Shown: positions 38,400 to 50,479 of the stretch, in pieces | Position numbering within the stretch: the stretch's first letter is position 1 | Layout: each line of letters opens with the position of its first letter | From: Negaprion brevirostris | Taxonomy: Eukaryota | Assembly (NCBI GenBank): GCA_030324005.1 | Contig: JARDVH010000073.1 | Span: 31,756,569-31,820,568, forward strand | Length of the DNA: 64,000 bases | Direction: 5' to 3' | Translations under genes and position numbers: made by a program | Notes under the pieces: model-generated | Seen by the model: only the letters and a program-made list of their open reading frames with translations | Told to the model about the DNA's origin: nothing | Database searches by the model: none

Positions 38400-41342
38400 A
38401 AACCGTGAGATGCCAGCAGGATTTCAAACTAACTTACTCTGCTTAAAGTCAGCTGCACCCCTTATATGGGAGGCGGCTTTTGATTGGTAGAAGTGTTGCA
38501 AGTAATTCTAGAAATAAGTTTGAGCTGGAAAAGACTCAAGACACAACGTAGCAGAGAGCACGCTCCAAGGTTCTGCAAGGTAGCAGGAGGACAGATCTCC
38601 TCAGGGAATATCCACAGGGGACCAAGAGACCTTCCAGAATCTGGGAAGGCAGTGGATAAGCATCCTGACCAATGTTAACAGCATAGGACCCCCCGCCTCC
38701 CGGACCCTGATGCAATGCTGCAAGCAATCCAGTGATTTCACACTAGTGGCCAAGGTTAACGAATGCATCTCTAAGTGTCACGTCCCCTCAACTGTAAGCT
38801 TCAACAAGCCCCTCTCATTGCTCTGTTCACCAACCCTCCATTGCACACTGACCAATAATCTCCACCAATTGTGCTCCACACCAATATCTTGCCAGTTATT
38901 CAAATACATCACCAAAACAGATTGCACAGCATTCACTGGCATGCTTCCCTCTCTCCTTAAGGACAAGGTGACGCACAATCACAGGCAGCAGCACTAAATG
39001 GGCAGGAGACAGGTCCTTGCCTCACTGGAGGAGCTGGTGCTTGCCATCATAAGAGTGGACATCAGCATAACCAGAACTATTAAACAGGACTGTGTGCTCA
39101 GACTTAATCTACCTCCACACATCTCACTTTCCCCTCTCTGTATGTTCTCTTATGATTGGCAAGCTGCAAATGGTCTTGACTATTTGTTTTCCAACACACT
39201 CCACCACCCCCCACAGCTTCATCTCTTCTCCATCCTCCCAGAGTATTAAGTGTCTTTGTCCTTTCACATATCCAAACGCTGTAAAGCGCTAGCCTGACAG
39301 CAAGAAGTAGGAGAGCAAGATGAGACTAATAAACCAAAACTGTCACATTATCTCACACTTCCAATCACCAGCTCAGTAACTGAGCACTGTGTGTATTTTA
39401 GAGGTAGCTTAGAGGCTGGTTCTGCATATAATGAATCACTGAGCATAAGTGACCTGCTGCTTGTTGAGAAGGACAGGATAGTGCAGTACCAGCTCCCTAC
39501 GGGCATGGTTGTGCTGTCGAGGACTCAAATAAGGACTTGATGGGGCAGAGTTTAGAAAAATGCTGATTTGAAATGCAATTTGAAATCTTGCTACATTGGC
39601 AGACATGCTTGGAAGCCATGGTCACTGTTGAGGAACATGGGTGAATCTGGGTCCAACTTTGTATAGTGTTCTGAATCTGTCCTTTGCAATGTGGAAGTGG
39701 TGGTTAATGCCATCATCACCCTTGTAGACAAAACCGGAATATTATGGCTGGGGCCTCAACTTCCATTGCAGCACAAGCAGAAGCTGCCAGATGTCTGAGT
39801 GCTATAGTGGAAACTGAAGTTGTGCGAGCTTGGCTTGGTGCCATGTGGGAGAGCTTGTAGATGTTCAAGCTCGGAATCCACTATGGTTGCAGATATCAGT
39901 GTGCAAAACAGCTTGTAGAACCTCTCAGTAGTCCAGCAATCTGTCCTCCAACACATTGCTAGAATTACTGAGGCACGAGTCTGAAGGACTGCCTCCATTT
40001 GTCCATGTCCATGTCCTTTCTCAGAATGATGACATTCATTTTCCCACCACAGCCACCCTGCCAGTGCCTGTTAGCTAATGTGCCCAGATTGCTGCTGTCC
40101 ATGCTGAGGTGGTGCGGTCTGAAATGGGGCTTTCTAGGGCTTGAGAGGATTGAGATCATCCTGCAAGACCATGTGCAATCCCTCTTATTGCAAGTCAGCA
40201 GCTTTCACCCAGTCATGTTGCCTTTGCTGGGATAGCTCTGCATTGGAGCACAGATAAAGGCAGTGCGGCAAACAAGCATAAAGTGAACACACATGGGGAT
40301 GAGCTGACATTTTGATTGATTGGATTGGATTATACTTTGTTAGACGATTTAAAGTGCTTTGGAATGTTTTGTTTTGCGTTGGCTTTTATGTTGGTGTTGA
40401 GGACAAGAGGATACTGCAGTGAAGGATGTTAAGGTTTGTTATTGAGTGAAGAATTGGGATTGCACTCACTGGTTCACAGTCAGATGAACTGATCACAAAG
40501 CTTGGCTGGAATCTTTCTCCTCAGAATCTCAACCAAGCTTGTGACGTGGGCTAAGCCCTTTTGATGGAAAGGTTATGCAGTACACAACACAAGAGTACTG
40601 CAGGTCCTCTACAGGACTGTCCAAGCAGTAGAAGTGTTGCTTAAGTATCTGCTTGATGACATTTTGTGTGACCACACAGCTCTCATTATGTATTGACTGT
40701 GTGTATGCGCATGGGTTGCACACTGGAGTCGTTAGTCAAGAGTTCATTGGATAGTCTTTGGTATTCCGTAACCTTTGATATGTTGTGGTGGCTCAAATGC
40801 TGAATGTTTGGAGAGTGCCAGACAATAAAGACATCGTGGCTGCTGTCAGTGTATTGACCTACATGCTACGCTAAGAATCGCACACTGGTTAGACATCGAG
40901 GGAACGAAACCACTTGCGATTGGTGCATTTCTGAGTTTACATGTAATGTCCATAAGCATTGAGTGTGCATTCAGTGATACCCTGCACCATGGGGAAGTCT
41001 GTGATCCTGGTAAAGTGGTGTACTCATTGTATGTTTCTCTCTCACAAGAGAAATGAAATCTATTCAACTTCAGCTGCCCTTGCATGCAGAGCATTCAGGG
41101 GAAGTGTCTTTTTCAAGCTGCCACAACCCACACAAGCTCACAGAAATTGTGCATGAGAAGAAATAGTTTTCACAACCTTGGAAGAGGTGCATTTGTGTTC
41201 TGCAGTTCAGGCCTACCCAACCTGCCAAAAGGCCACACAAATGGTATAAGGTTAGGATGGCGCAGGGAAGTTGCTTCTCCAGCAAAAAATAGCATCACAT
41301 GATCTCATTCTCAACTCTACTGGGGAGACAAATATCCAGCCC
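38400..41342. mobile_element. Fossil PIF/Harbinger DNA transposon: Myb/SANT-like gene (+) convergent with DDE transposase (-)
   Basis: Plus strand: REHAPRF..QWISILTNVNS..RTLMQCCKQSSDFTLVAK|intron|DKVTHNHRQQ..LEELVLAII. Minus strand: LNALHARA.., TRITDFPMVQGITECT (compare GFPxVxGAIDCTH), LRNTKDYPMNS*LTTPVCNP (compare LLGDxGYP..WLMTP), HNESCVVTQNVIKQILKQHFYCLD (compare YNxxHxxTRxVIE..LKxRFRCLD). TIR-like end aaatatccagccc at 41330-41342. Left boundary uncertain. Confidence 0.8.
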
Positions 41343-41456
41343 ATAATATCATGTATAAAGAAAATCAGAGTGAATTATGTTTGTCTTTGCATTTTGAGAT
41401 CAAACTGCATTGTGGGCATTACTTTCTACTAATCACTTTTCCCATTGCTCTTGTAG

Positions 41457-41595
41457 ATTACATTTGATGGTGAACAGGAGGTGGTCGTATATGACCAATG
41501 TACACAAGATGTCAACGTGATTGCCTCTGATTGCTTTCTTTCTGTTCTTCTGAGCAAACTAGAGAAGAGTTTTAACAACGTTTCCCTCCTAATAG
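41457..41595 (+). CDS. DUSP16: DUSP16 second coding exon (139 nt, rhodanese domain)
   Basis: Branch point TACTAAT (~41427-41433), acceptor cccattgctcttgtag|. Translates ITFDGEQEVVVYDQCTQDVNVIASDCFLSVLLSKLEKSFNNVSLLI(G), compare DUSP16 VDIDCSQKVVVYDQSSQDVASLSSDCFLTVLLGKLEKSFNSVHLLAG. Phase-1 donor G|gtagga. Not in the ORF track. Confidence 0.95.
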
Positions 41596-43034
41596 GTAGG
41601 ATCTATTATCTCAGAAATTCTGTAAGAAATATGGTAAATGAATTGTTGTGATTGTACGTATGCAGAATGTACAGAATTCATTGACCTTTCAAAATTCCTA
41701 GAAACAGATTTTCCATACCATCTTAAGTACTAAAAAGTGTGTATGTTATATTGGTCACAATTTTGATCTCAGCCGTGAAGCAATGGCACCTTTATGGTAC
41801 CAGGATTTCCACTAAGCAAGCACTTACTTTAATATGGTGCCCACAAATCAGATCTGTGGCATGTGTAAGCAGAGAATAGCAACAGTGAAACTTTTGAACC
41901 AATTAGATTAAAGTATCCTCACTGAGGCATGCACAGCTTAAATACAGACCAAAAAAAATTCCAGGAAATTTAGGCCAATCACTCACCAAATTCTATTTGA
42001 AAAATGTAACCGTTTTGATTGGGAACATATTTGAATTATGAGTTTCATGAAGCTGTTTGAAATAGTGAGATGTAAAAACCTTGTTGTAGAAGGGGCAAAG
42101 ATGACATTAAAATTAAATGACAAAAGCAGGTAAAAACAAATGGGGGGGGGGGTGGGGGGTTGCGGTGTGGGTGGGGGAAGAGAGATGTTACTAAAAAAAT
42201 TCTAAGTGCTGAATGACCTTGAAAACGGGAGGGAATCCCATCCATGTTTTTTTCAGTGAGCTTTCAGACTCACCGTATTTCATTTAGTTCAAAAAAAGTG
42301 GCGACGGCGGTGGGGAGAGTGGACGAAATATACTCTCACCAGACANNNNNNNNNNNNNNNNNNNNNNNNNNNNNNNNNNNNNNNNNNNNNNNNNNNNNNN
42401 NNNNNNNNNNNNNNNNNNNNNNNNNNNNNNNNNNNNNNNNNNNNNNNNNNNNNNNNNNNNNNNNNNNNNNNNNNNNNNNNNNNNNNNNNNNNNNNNNNNN
42501 NNNNNNNNNNNNNNNNNNNNNNNNNNNNNNNNNNNNNNNNNNNNNNNNNNNNNNNNNNNNNNNNNNNNNNNNNNNNNNNNNNNNNNNNNNNNNNNNNNNN
42601 NNNNNNNNNNNNNNNNNNNNNNNNNNNNNNNNNNNNNNNNNNNNNNNNNNNNNNNNNNNNNNNNNNNNNNNNNNNNNNNNNNNNNNNNNNNNNNNNNNNN
42701 NNNNNNNNNNNNNNNNNNNNNNNNNNNNNNNNNNNNNNNNNNNNNNNNNNNNNNNNNNNNNNNNNNNNNNNNNNNNNNNNNNNNNNNNNNNNNNNNNNNN
42801 NNNNNNNNNNNNNNNNNNNNNNNNNNNNNNGTCTGGCAATTTGGAATAGCTTGGTCAGCTCTCCTTTATTTTATACCAATTACTTGACCATTTTTCCCAT
42901 CATGCCAGTGCTTCATTCGTACACTATCACAACCTGAGCAGCTCCCCCTGCCCACCTCCTCTTAGATCCCAACCTCATCATGGCTGCAGCTCTGGTATTT
43001 CCAGGGTGCCAGGCTGGCATTGCCAAGGTTCCAT

Positions 43035-43500
43035 CATAGAGGGATATGATATAATAGTTATTGTTAAAATGTGCTATAAGTTTTGAACAGGACCAGAATG
43101 TAATAGTTCTGGCAATAATGTTTTCAGGAGAAATGGGGAGGAAATGAAAGGGGATGTAGCAGCAAATGAAGGATTCTATCACAACCCAACAATTTAAGTG
43201 TGTCTGGGGGGTTTGTGTTGAGACAGAATCCATATGGATAGAGTTAAGAAAAAGGAAGGGCGGTTCCTGATGTACATTACAGGCCACCAGTCAAGATCTT
43301 TGGACAGTTCAGAGACATAAGATAAACAGCATTAGTACTAAGTGATTTTAATTGCTCCAAAATGAGCCAAAATGAAGATATTCCAAGTTCAGAAACTCGG
43401 GGAATGTATTTCAGAATGCATTCAGGGCTGGATCATTAGCCCAAGAAGGAAAGATGCATTGCTTGATCTAGTTTTGAGAAATGAAGTTGACCACAACATG
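43035..43500 (+). mobile_element. CR1 endonuclease fragment
   Basis: gagacagaatccatatggatagagttaaga (ETESIWIELR) and gcattgcttgatctagttttg (ALLDLVL). Confidence 0.6.
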
Positions 43501-43529
43501 GCTTCAGTGTGAGAATAGAAAAGAATAAT

Positions 43530-43730
43530 GGGGCAGCACAGTGGCACAGTGGTTAGCACTGCTGCTTCACAGTGCCAGGGACCCAGGTTCAATTCCCAGC
43601 TTGGTCACTGTCTGTGTGGAGTTTGCACATTGTCCTCGTGTCTGCGTGGGTTTCCTCTGGGTGTTTGAAAGATGTGCTTGTTAGGTGCATTGACCTGAAC
43701 AGGCACAAGAGTATGGCAACTAGAGGAATT
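43530..43730 (+). mobile_element. HE1-like SINE (left arm of an inverted pair)
   Basis: gggcagcacagtggcacagtggttagcactgctgc...V-domain, 3'-truncated. Confidence 0.85.
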
Positions 43731-44024
43731 AGTGTCACAAGTAGGTTCACATTAACACTGCAATGAAGTTACCGTGAAAATCCCCTAGTCACCACACTCC
43801 AGCGCCTGTTTGGGTACACTGAGGTGGAATTTAGCATGGCCAATACACCTAACCAGCATGTCTTTCGGACAGTGGGAAGAAACCAGAGCACCTGGAGGAA
43901 ACCCAGGCAGATATAAGGAGAACTGACAGAGAGTCCGCACAGACAGTGACCCAAGACAGGAATGAAACCGAGTCACTGGCACTGTGAGTCAGTAGTGCTG
44001 ACCACTGTGCCACTGTGTCGCCCC
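43731..44024 (-). mobile_element. HE1-like SINE, alternative tail (right arm of the inverted pair)
   Basis: Full reverse-complement copy from tail (gtgtcacaagtaggttcacattaacactgcaatgaag) to head (..tgccactgtgtcgcccc). Confidence 0.88.
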
Positions 44025-45034
44025 AGTACTATAGTATAATTTGTATCTGTGCTCATTTGNNNNNNNNNNNNNNNNNNNNNNNNNNNNNNNNNNNNNNNNN
44101 NNNNNNNNNNNNNNNNNNNNNNNNNNNNNNNNNNNNNNNNNNNNNNNNNNNNNNNNNNNNNNNNNNNNNNNNNNNNNNNNNNNNNNNNNNNNNNNNNNNN
44201 NNNNNNNNNNNNNNNNNNNNNNNNNNNNNNNNNNNNNNNNNNNNNNNNNNNNNNNNNNNNNNNNNNNNNNNNNNNNNNNNNNNNNNNNNNNNNNNNNNNN
44301 NNNNNNNNNNNNNNNNNNNNNNNNNNNNNNNNNNNNNNNNNNNNNNNNNNNNNNNNNNNNNNNNNNNNNNNNNNNNNNNNNNNNNNNNNNNNNNNNNNNN
44401 NNNNNNNNNNNNNNNNNNNNNNNNNNNNNNNNNNNNNNNNNNNNNNNNNNNNNNNNNNNNNNNNNNNNNNNNNNNNNNNNNNNNNNNNNNNNNNNNNNNN
44501 NNNNNNNNNNNNNNNNNNNNNNNNNNNNNNNNNNNNNNNNNNNNNNNNNNNNNNNNNNNNNNNNNNNNNNNNNNNNNNNNNNNNNNNNNNNNNNNNNNNN
44601 NNNNNNNNNNNNNNNNNNNNNNNNNNNNNNNNNNNNNNNNNNNNNNNNNNNNNTGAAGGAGAGTGTGCGGGAATGACAGAGAGAAAACTCTGAGAATGAA
44701 CGAGACACACACGCAGAAGTTGCATGGTGTGTGGGATACACGTGTTCACACATCCACATACCGAGCAGGAGAGGAGGAAAACTTGGGCTGAAAAGCAGTG
44801 CCTTTAATATGAATTCCACATAGGCCAGTTTACAGTGTGCACCACCAGAAAGGACACAAGTAGTTTTAGTAACTAGTTTAGCTGCTTGGCACTTCATAAT
44901 GGTCATTTCTGTTAATTTTTTAAAAATGATCTATTTATTGCTTTGGCATCTGTCAAACCAGATCTTGGCCAGATGCGGCTGGGTTTCTTGTGAACTCCTA
45001 ATTGCCTTTTGGCAAAACAATTTATTTTTGCTCC

Positions 45035-45350
45035 AATAGAAACAGGAAGTGTTGTCAATACTCAGCATGTCTGGTGGAATTTGTGCAGAAAGAAACAGAG
45101 GATGGGATTTTCCAGCACCACCAGGCACTGGGATCGTCTGGTCCTGCTGAAAGTGGATGGGCTTTTGGCTTGGTCTCAGCATCCCCTGTTCCAGAAAATT
45201 CCAGCCAGAGGTCAGTGATCTTTCATCAGAAATAGTGCGGATTGCAGACTGAAGTGTCAACTTTGTTTCTCTGTCCAAGGATGTTACCTGCCTGCTGCAT
45301 ATTTCCAGCGTTTTCTAGTTGTATTTCAGATATTCAGCATTTGCTGTGAT
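45035..45350. mobile_element. Palindromic Penelope-like repeat with an inserted MITE (45100-45206)
   Basis: Arms aaacaggaagtgttgtcaatactcagcatgtc.. and ..cctgctgcatatttccagcgttttc. The internal element has imperfect TIRs ggatgggattttcc/gaaaattccagcc and AGA on both sides. Confidence 0.55.
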
Positions 45351-45584
45351 ACACTTTGTTTTTCTATTATATTCTCCATGTTGGCCATTTGTAGGTGTGG
45401 TAAGTTTTGGTTTACAATGAGAACCACACTCGCTGCAAAGTGCAATTTTTCTCTCAAAGCAGTCCAGTTGTGTGGATACAAATAGCACTATATTACCGGT
45501 AAATTGGCCAGTGCTAGTTTACTGGCAGATCTTGTCATTTTCAAACCTGGAATTGAAACCCGGGATCATGCACTGATGAATATC

Positions 45585-46000
45585 ACAGAACCACTACAGT
45601 GCAGAAGGAGGCCATTTGGCCTTTCAAGTCTCCACAGACTGTAGATGCGTAGGTTAGAGAGGATTAGTGGGTAAAATATGTAGCGATTGGGGGTAGGGCC
45701 TAGGTGGGATTGTGGTCGGTGCAGACTCGATGGGCCGAAGGGCCTCTCTCTGTACTGTAGGGTTTCTATACATATAAAAAAAACTACCACCCAGGCCCTA
45801 TCCTGTAACTCCATATATTTTCCCTGCTTATCTTTCTGAAACTAAGAGTCAATTTAGCATGGTCAATCAACCTAACCCTTGCATCTTCAGACTGTGGGAG
45901 GAAGCCGGAGGAAACCCACAAAGACAAGGGGGAGCATGTGTAAACTCCACACAGACAGTGTGAGGCAGCAGTGCTAACTACTTTGCCGCCGTGCCGCCCT
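45585..46000. mobile_element. Cluster of HE1-like SINE pieces in opposing orientations
   Basis: Minus-strand tail 45585-45640, plus-strand 3' half 45640-45770, minus-strand copy 45787-46000. Confidence 0.75.
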
Positions 46001-46899
46001 AAAATTGAATGCTTCTGCTCAGAAGGCAAATGTGATGACCACTACACCACCAAAACATTGTGACTAATATTTTAGTGTTAGTTCAAGATATTCTCATTTG
46101 TACATAGGATTATGGTGTGAGATTCAAGTCATCTGAATGTGGCTGTCTGGACATTTGCTTAGGGCCAGGTTCAGAGAAGCCGAACTGGTTGCATAGCATG
46201 AATGAACAAGTTGTGTATATAATTGTCTGACAGTGTATCATACTGAAACATAAGTTTTTGATGGGCATTATAAATAGAGGCTTGGATCACAAAAGTCAAC
46301 AAATGTTGCTAAACATACCAATCTCATTGTGACTGTGACTATGCTTTCCAGTTCTGTGCGAAGAGGGGGAAGCGAGGCTGGCACTTAAGAGATGAAAGGT
46401 GAGTGCTTAAGGGGCCCAGAACCGGGGGAAACACCAGGGCTGGTGATTTCTTTCCCTGGCCCTCGTTAATGCGCTCCCTTGTGAACTCACGCTTTGGATC
46501 AGTCTCCTATTTGCCCACCAGATTAGGAATGGATTACACCAGGGCTTTGATGAATGTTTCATTTGTGACCAATATGTGGCATAAACATCTGTTGTTCTCA
46601 TATTGCTAAAACCAGTATCAGCCTTTTACAGATATTTGTTGATAGGACACTTGTTGTTAGTTTGTACTTTGTCTTCTTACGAAAAGAGGAAATAACTTGA
46701 ATGGCAAAGTTATCATGTGTATGATGTAATAATTCCCAATGAGCTCACTGGGAAAGTCCACTAAATGGTTGACAAAAGTTCAGAGTTTGCAGTTTATTTT
46801 TATAAAGGTCAATGCACTTGGGAAAAACTTCAAAATTGTGTTGCATATATTGGAACTTCATCAGGCTTACAAATGGTGTAAACAGCTATAAACATCAAA

Positions 46900-47480
46900 A
46901 CTTCGTATTTATATTGTGCCTTTTAAATAGTAAAATGTGCCAAGGTGCTTTGCAGAAAGGTTATCAAATGAGATTAGATACCAAACCACATAAGATGTTA
47001 GAGCAGATGAGGGGTAGATTTTAAGGTTTAACAGGGGCTTAGGATCTTTGCAGCTGAAGGCACAGACATAAATTGTGGCACTTTTAAATCGAGGATGCTC
47101 AAGAGGCCAGAATAGGAGGTTATATTGGATGGTTATAAACAGTATAACCACTCATTTCTTCTTTGGAGTGTGGGCAATTTCTTTAACTGTGCACCCCTTT
47201 AAACTTTCATGCATGAAGGAGAATATGTGGGGGAATGGCCGTTGAGGCAAGGAGGGATATGGGCAGCAGAGTCATGGATGACCTCAGATCAACGTAAAGT
47301 AGAACATGGGAGAAGGACTCACAGGAGTGAACAAGAATACTCAAGTCTGGAGGAGACCAAAGGCATGGTAGAGGGTCCTAGTAGCAGATGACCTGAAGAG
47401 TGGCAGAGACATGCCATGTTTTGGAGGTAAAACTAGGCCATCTTTGTGATGGCACGGATATGCTTTCAAACTTGTCATGG
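46900..47480 (-). mobile_element. Degenerate L2 3' region (continues at ~48950-49400 beyond the Rex1 insertion)
   Basis: atttatattgtgccttttaaatagtaaaatgtgccaaggtgctttgcag is the reverse complement of an L2-type tail. Similar to 22535-22940. Confidence 0.55.
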
Positions 47481-47487
47481 ATTTGAA

Positions 47488-48945
47488 TTTCTTGATTTCA
47501 TTTATTGTTGTCACATGTATTAGCATACAGTGAAAAGTATTGTTTCTTGCGCGCTATACAGACAAAGCATACCATATATAGAGAAGGAAAGGAGAGAGTG
47601 CAGAATGTAGTGTTACAGTCATAGCTAGGGTGTAGAGAAAGATAAACTTAATGCGAGGTAGGTCTGTTCAAAACTCTGATGGCAGCAGGAAAGAAGCTGT
47701 TCTTGATTCGGTTGGTACGTGCTCTGAGACACTCGTATCTTTTTCCTGACGGAAGTAGGTGGAAGAGAGTATGTCCAGGGTGGCGAGGTCCTTGATTATG
47801 CGGGCTGTTTTTCCGAGGCAGTGGGAAGTGTTGGCAAAGTTAATGGATGGGAGGCTGATTTGTGTGATAGACTGGGCTTCATTCACAACCCTTTGTAGTT
47901 TTTTGCAGTCTTGGGCACAGCAGGAGCCATACCAAGCTGCAATACAACCAGAAAGATTGCTTTCTATGGTGCATCTGTTAAAGTTGGTGAGAGCCGTAAC
48001 AGACATGCCAAATTTCCTTAGCCTTTTGAGCAAGTAAAGACATTGGTGGGCTTTCTTAACTATAGCATCGGCATGGAGGGACCAGGACAGGTTGATGAAC
48101 TAAATGCCTAAAAACTTGAAGCTCTTGACCATTTCCAATTTGTCCCTATTGATGTAAACAGGGCATGTCCTCCGCTATGCTTCCTAAAGTCAGTGACTAT
48201 CTCTTTCGTTTTGTTGACTTTGAGAGAGAGATTATTATTGTCACACCAATTCACCAGATTCTCTTTCCAGTACTCCTTCTCATCATTGAGATCCGACCCA
48301 CTATGGTGATGTCATCAGCAAACTTGAAAGTCGAGTTGGAGGGAAATTTGGCCACAGTCATTTGTGTAAAAGGAGTATTGTGAGGGGCTGATGACACAGC
48401 CTTGTCGGCACCGGTGTTGAGTTTGATTGTGGAGGAGAGGTTGTTGCCTATCCTTACTGTTTGCAGCCTGTGGGTTAGGAAGTCTAGGATCCAGTTGCAG
48501 AGGGAGGAACCGAGCCCTAGGCCATGGAGTTTGGAGATGAATTTTGTAGGAATAATGATGTTGAAGGCTGAGCTGCAGTCAATAAATAGGAGTCTGATTA
48601 TCCAGGCGTCCTGTGGTTAAGTGTAGGGCCAGGGAGATGGTGTCTGCTATGGACCTGTTGCGGCAGTAGGTGAACTGTAGAGGATCCAGGCAATCTGGGA
48701 GGCCAGAATTGATTTGTGCCGTGTCTGACCTTTCGAAGCACTTCATAATAATGGATGTTAGAGCCACTGGACGATAATTATTAAGGCACGCTGCCAGGCT
48801 TTTGTTTGGTACAGGGATGATGGTTGCCTTCTTGGAGCAGGTAGGAACCTCAGCTGGTGTAAAGATAGGTTAAAGGTGTCTGCAAATACCCCCGCCAGCT
48901 GATCTGTGCACGATCTGCATGCTCGTCCAGGTACCCTGTCCAGGC
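47488..48945 (-). mobile_element. Rex1/Babar LINE (RT and 3' end)
   Basis: [12 protein letters not shown]...[13 protein letters not shown]; KFADD (aagtttgctgatgac); LKRLRKFGMS..RCTIESNLSGCIAAWYG..KKLQRVV. Tail is the reverse complement of the (ATCAA)n-type tail. Confidence 0.9.
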
Positions 48946-50479
48946 AATGTGACATGAAGGTTGCAAACAGTCTGGTTCAACCTCACTCAATTGCTAGTGA
49001 GAAGGATAGGTCTGTGGCAGGGGCCGAGTCTTCAGTCTACTCAATATTCAACTGGAAGAAATGTCTGCGTCCAGTGGAGGGGTGGAGAGAGAGAGATGTC
49101 TGTGAGATAGACCTGGGTGTTGGCATACATGTGGGTGGTGTTTTGTTTTTTGGATGATGTCGAGGAGAAGTGGGATATAGATGAGAAAAAAAGTTGGGAT
49201 TAGGACTAGTTCCTAGGGAGACACCAAAGATAATGGGAAAGGAACCTATTGCTGGCCATTCTCTAGCTACAACTGATAAGAATAGAATTAGCAAGCTGGA
49301 GTCCCACCTAGCTTGAAATTGGTGGTAGAGCATTGGAGGAATGATCAACCATGTTAAAAACTGCAGACAAATTGAGAAGGATGAGGAGAGAGAGTTTAGT
49401 AGCAAATAAAATTTGAATGTATAAAAATAAACCATCTTCCTGTAACATTGGTATTCAAATGTTAGTAATAGTGGACCTTCCATATCTCATGTCACTTATT
49501 GTATTTATTTGTGCAGATGATGACATTAACTGGAATTTCATTTGAGAACATACATGCATAAAGACGTTTATTGAAACTGTGTGATTGAGTTAGGAGGTAA
49601 ATATTTGCAATGTTTAACTCTGTAAATAAATGGAAGACTGAGTAAAGATTGGCTCCAGTGCTATCATTCACCAGATGGCTTTCTGCAAAATAAAACTGTT
49701 CACAATAAGTTGAATGATATGGGAAGGGAACATTAATTATACCATGTAATGTGAAAATGTATATTCTGCCTAATTAAAAAGTAAAAATTAGAATACCTAA
49801 TTACTATTCAGACTAGAGGGCAGGACCCTGACTTTGTTTGTAGAAAGATTAATTCAGAGCCAGCAGATATTGTGGTTCCAGTATTTCTGTAGATTCCACA
49901 TCACTAACTTTGTTTCTTTTTAGTTTTATTTTGAGCATGGCATAGAAACGTGCACGACACTATGTGACATCTGTGATAGAGTGAACAGAAAATGCACACC
50001 AGATGTACTATTTTTATAGTGATTCTTCCACTGTTATGGTTGATAATGTGTTATGATCTGTTTTTACACTGAATAAATACAGCCAATTTTCCTGATTTTT
50101 CTTTTGCCATGCAGTGTAAAGATAAAGTGGGGGTGAGGAGCTGGAACCCATTTTACCTCTGCACCATTTACATTTCCCGAGGATTTCTTGGGTTTCCCTG
50201 AGAATTCCCAAGCTTCCCTTGAGCCAGTGCTTGACACTGAGTCTGGGTGCACTGAGATTGGATTCACTTGGGTGGGTGGGGGGNNNNNNNNNNNNNNNNN
50301 NNNNNNNNNNNNNNNNNNNNNNNNNNNNNNNNNNNNNNNNNNNNNNNNNNNNNNNNNNNNNNNNNNNNNNNNNNNNNNNNNNNCCGTAATGTTAAATGGG
50401 AGCGGTTAAAAAAACCTGGAGAAGTGAAAATTTTGCAGTAGTCAGGCCATTGGGAAGGGAAAGTCATGGTGCTGGGAAA

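Noticed and set aside
38484-41285. Functional domesticated HARBI1/NAIF1-like genes
   Set aside because: Multiple stops and frameshifts and mutated catalytic motifs indicate a dead transposon.
42141-42180. G-quadruplex-like G-run
   Set aside because: Low-complexity run near an assembly gap with no functional context.
42244-44906. Long ORFs (167-305 aa) in the ORF track
   Set aside because: Artefacts of translating through N gaps.
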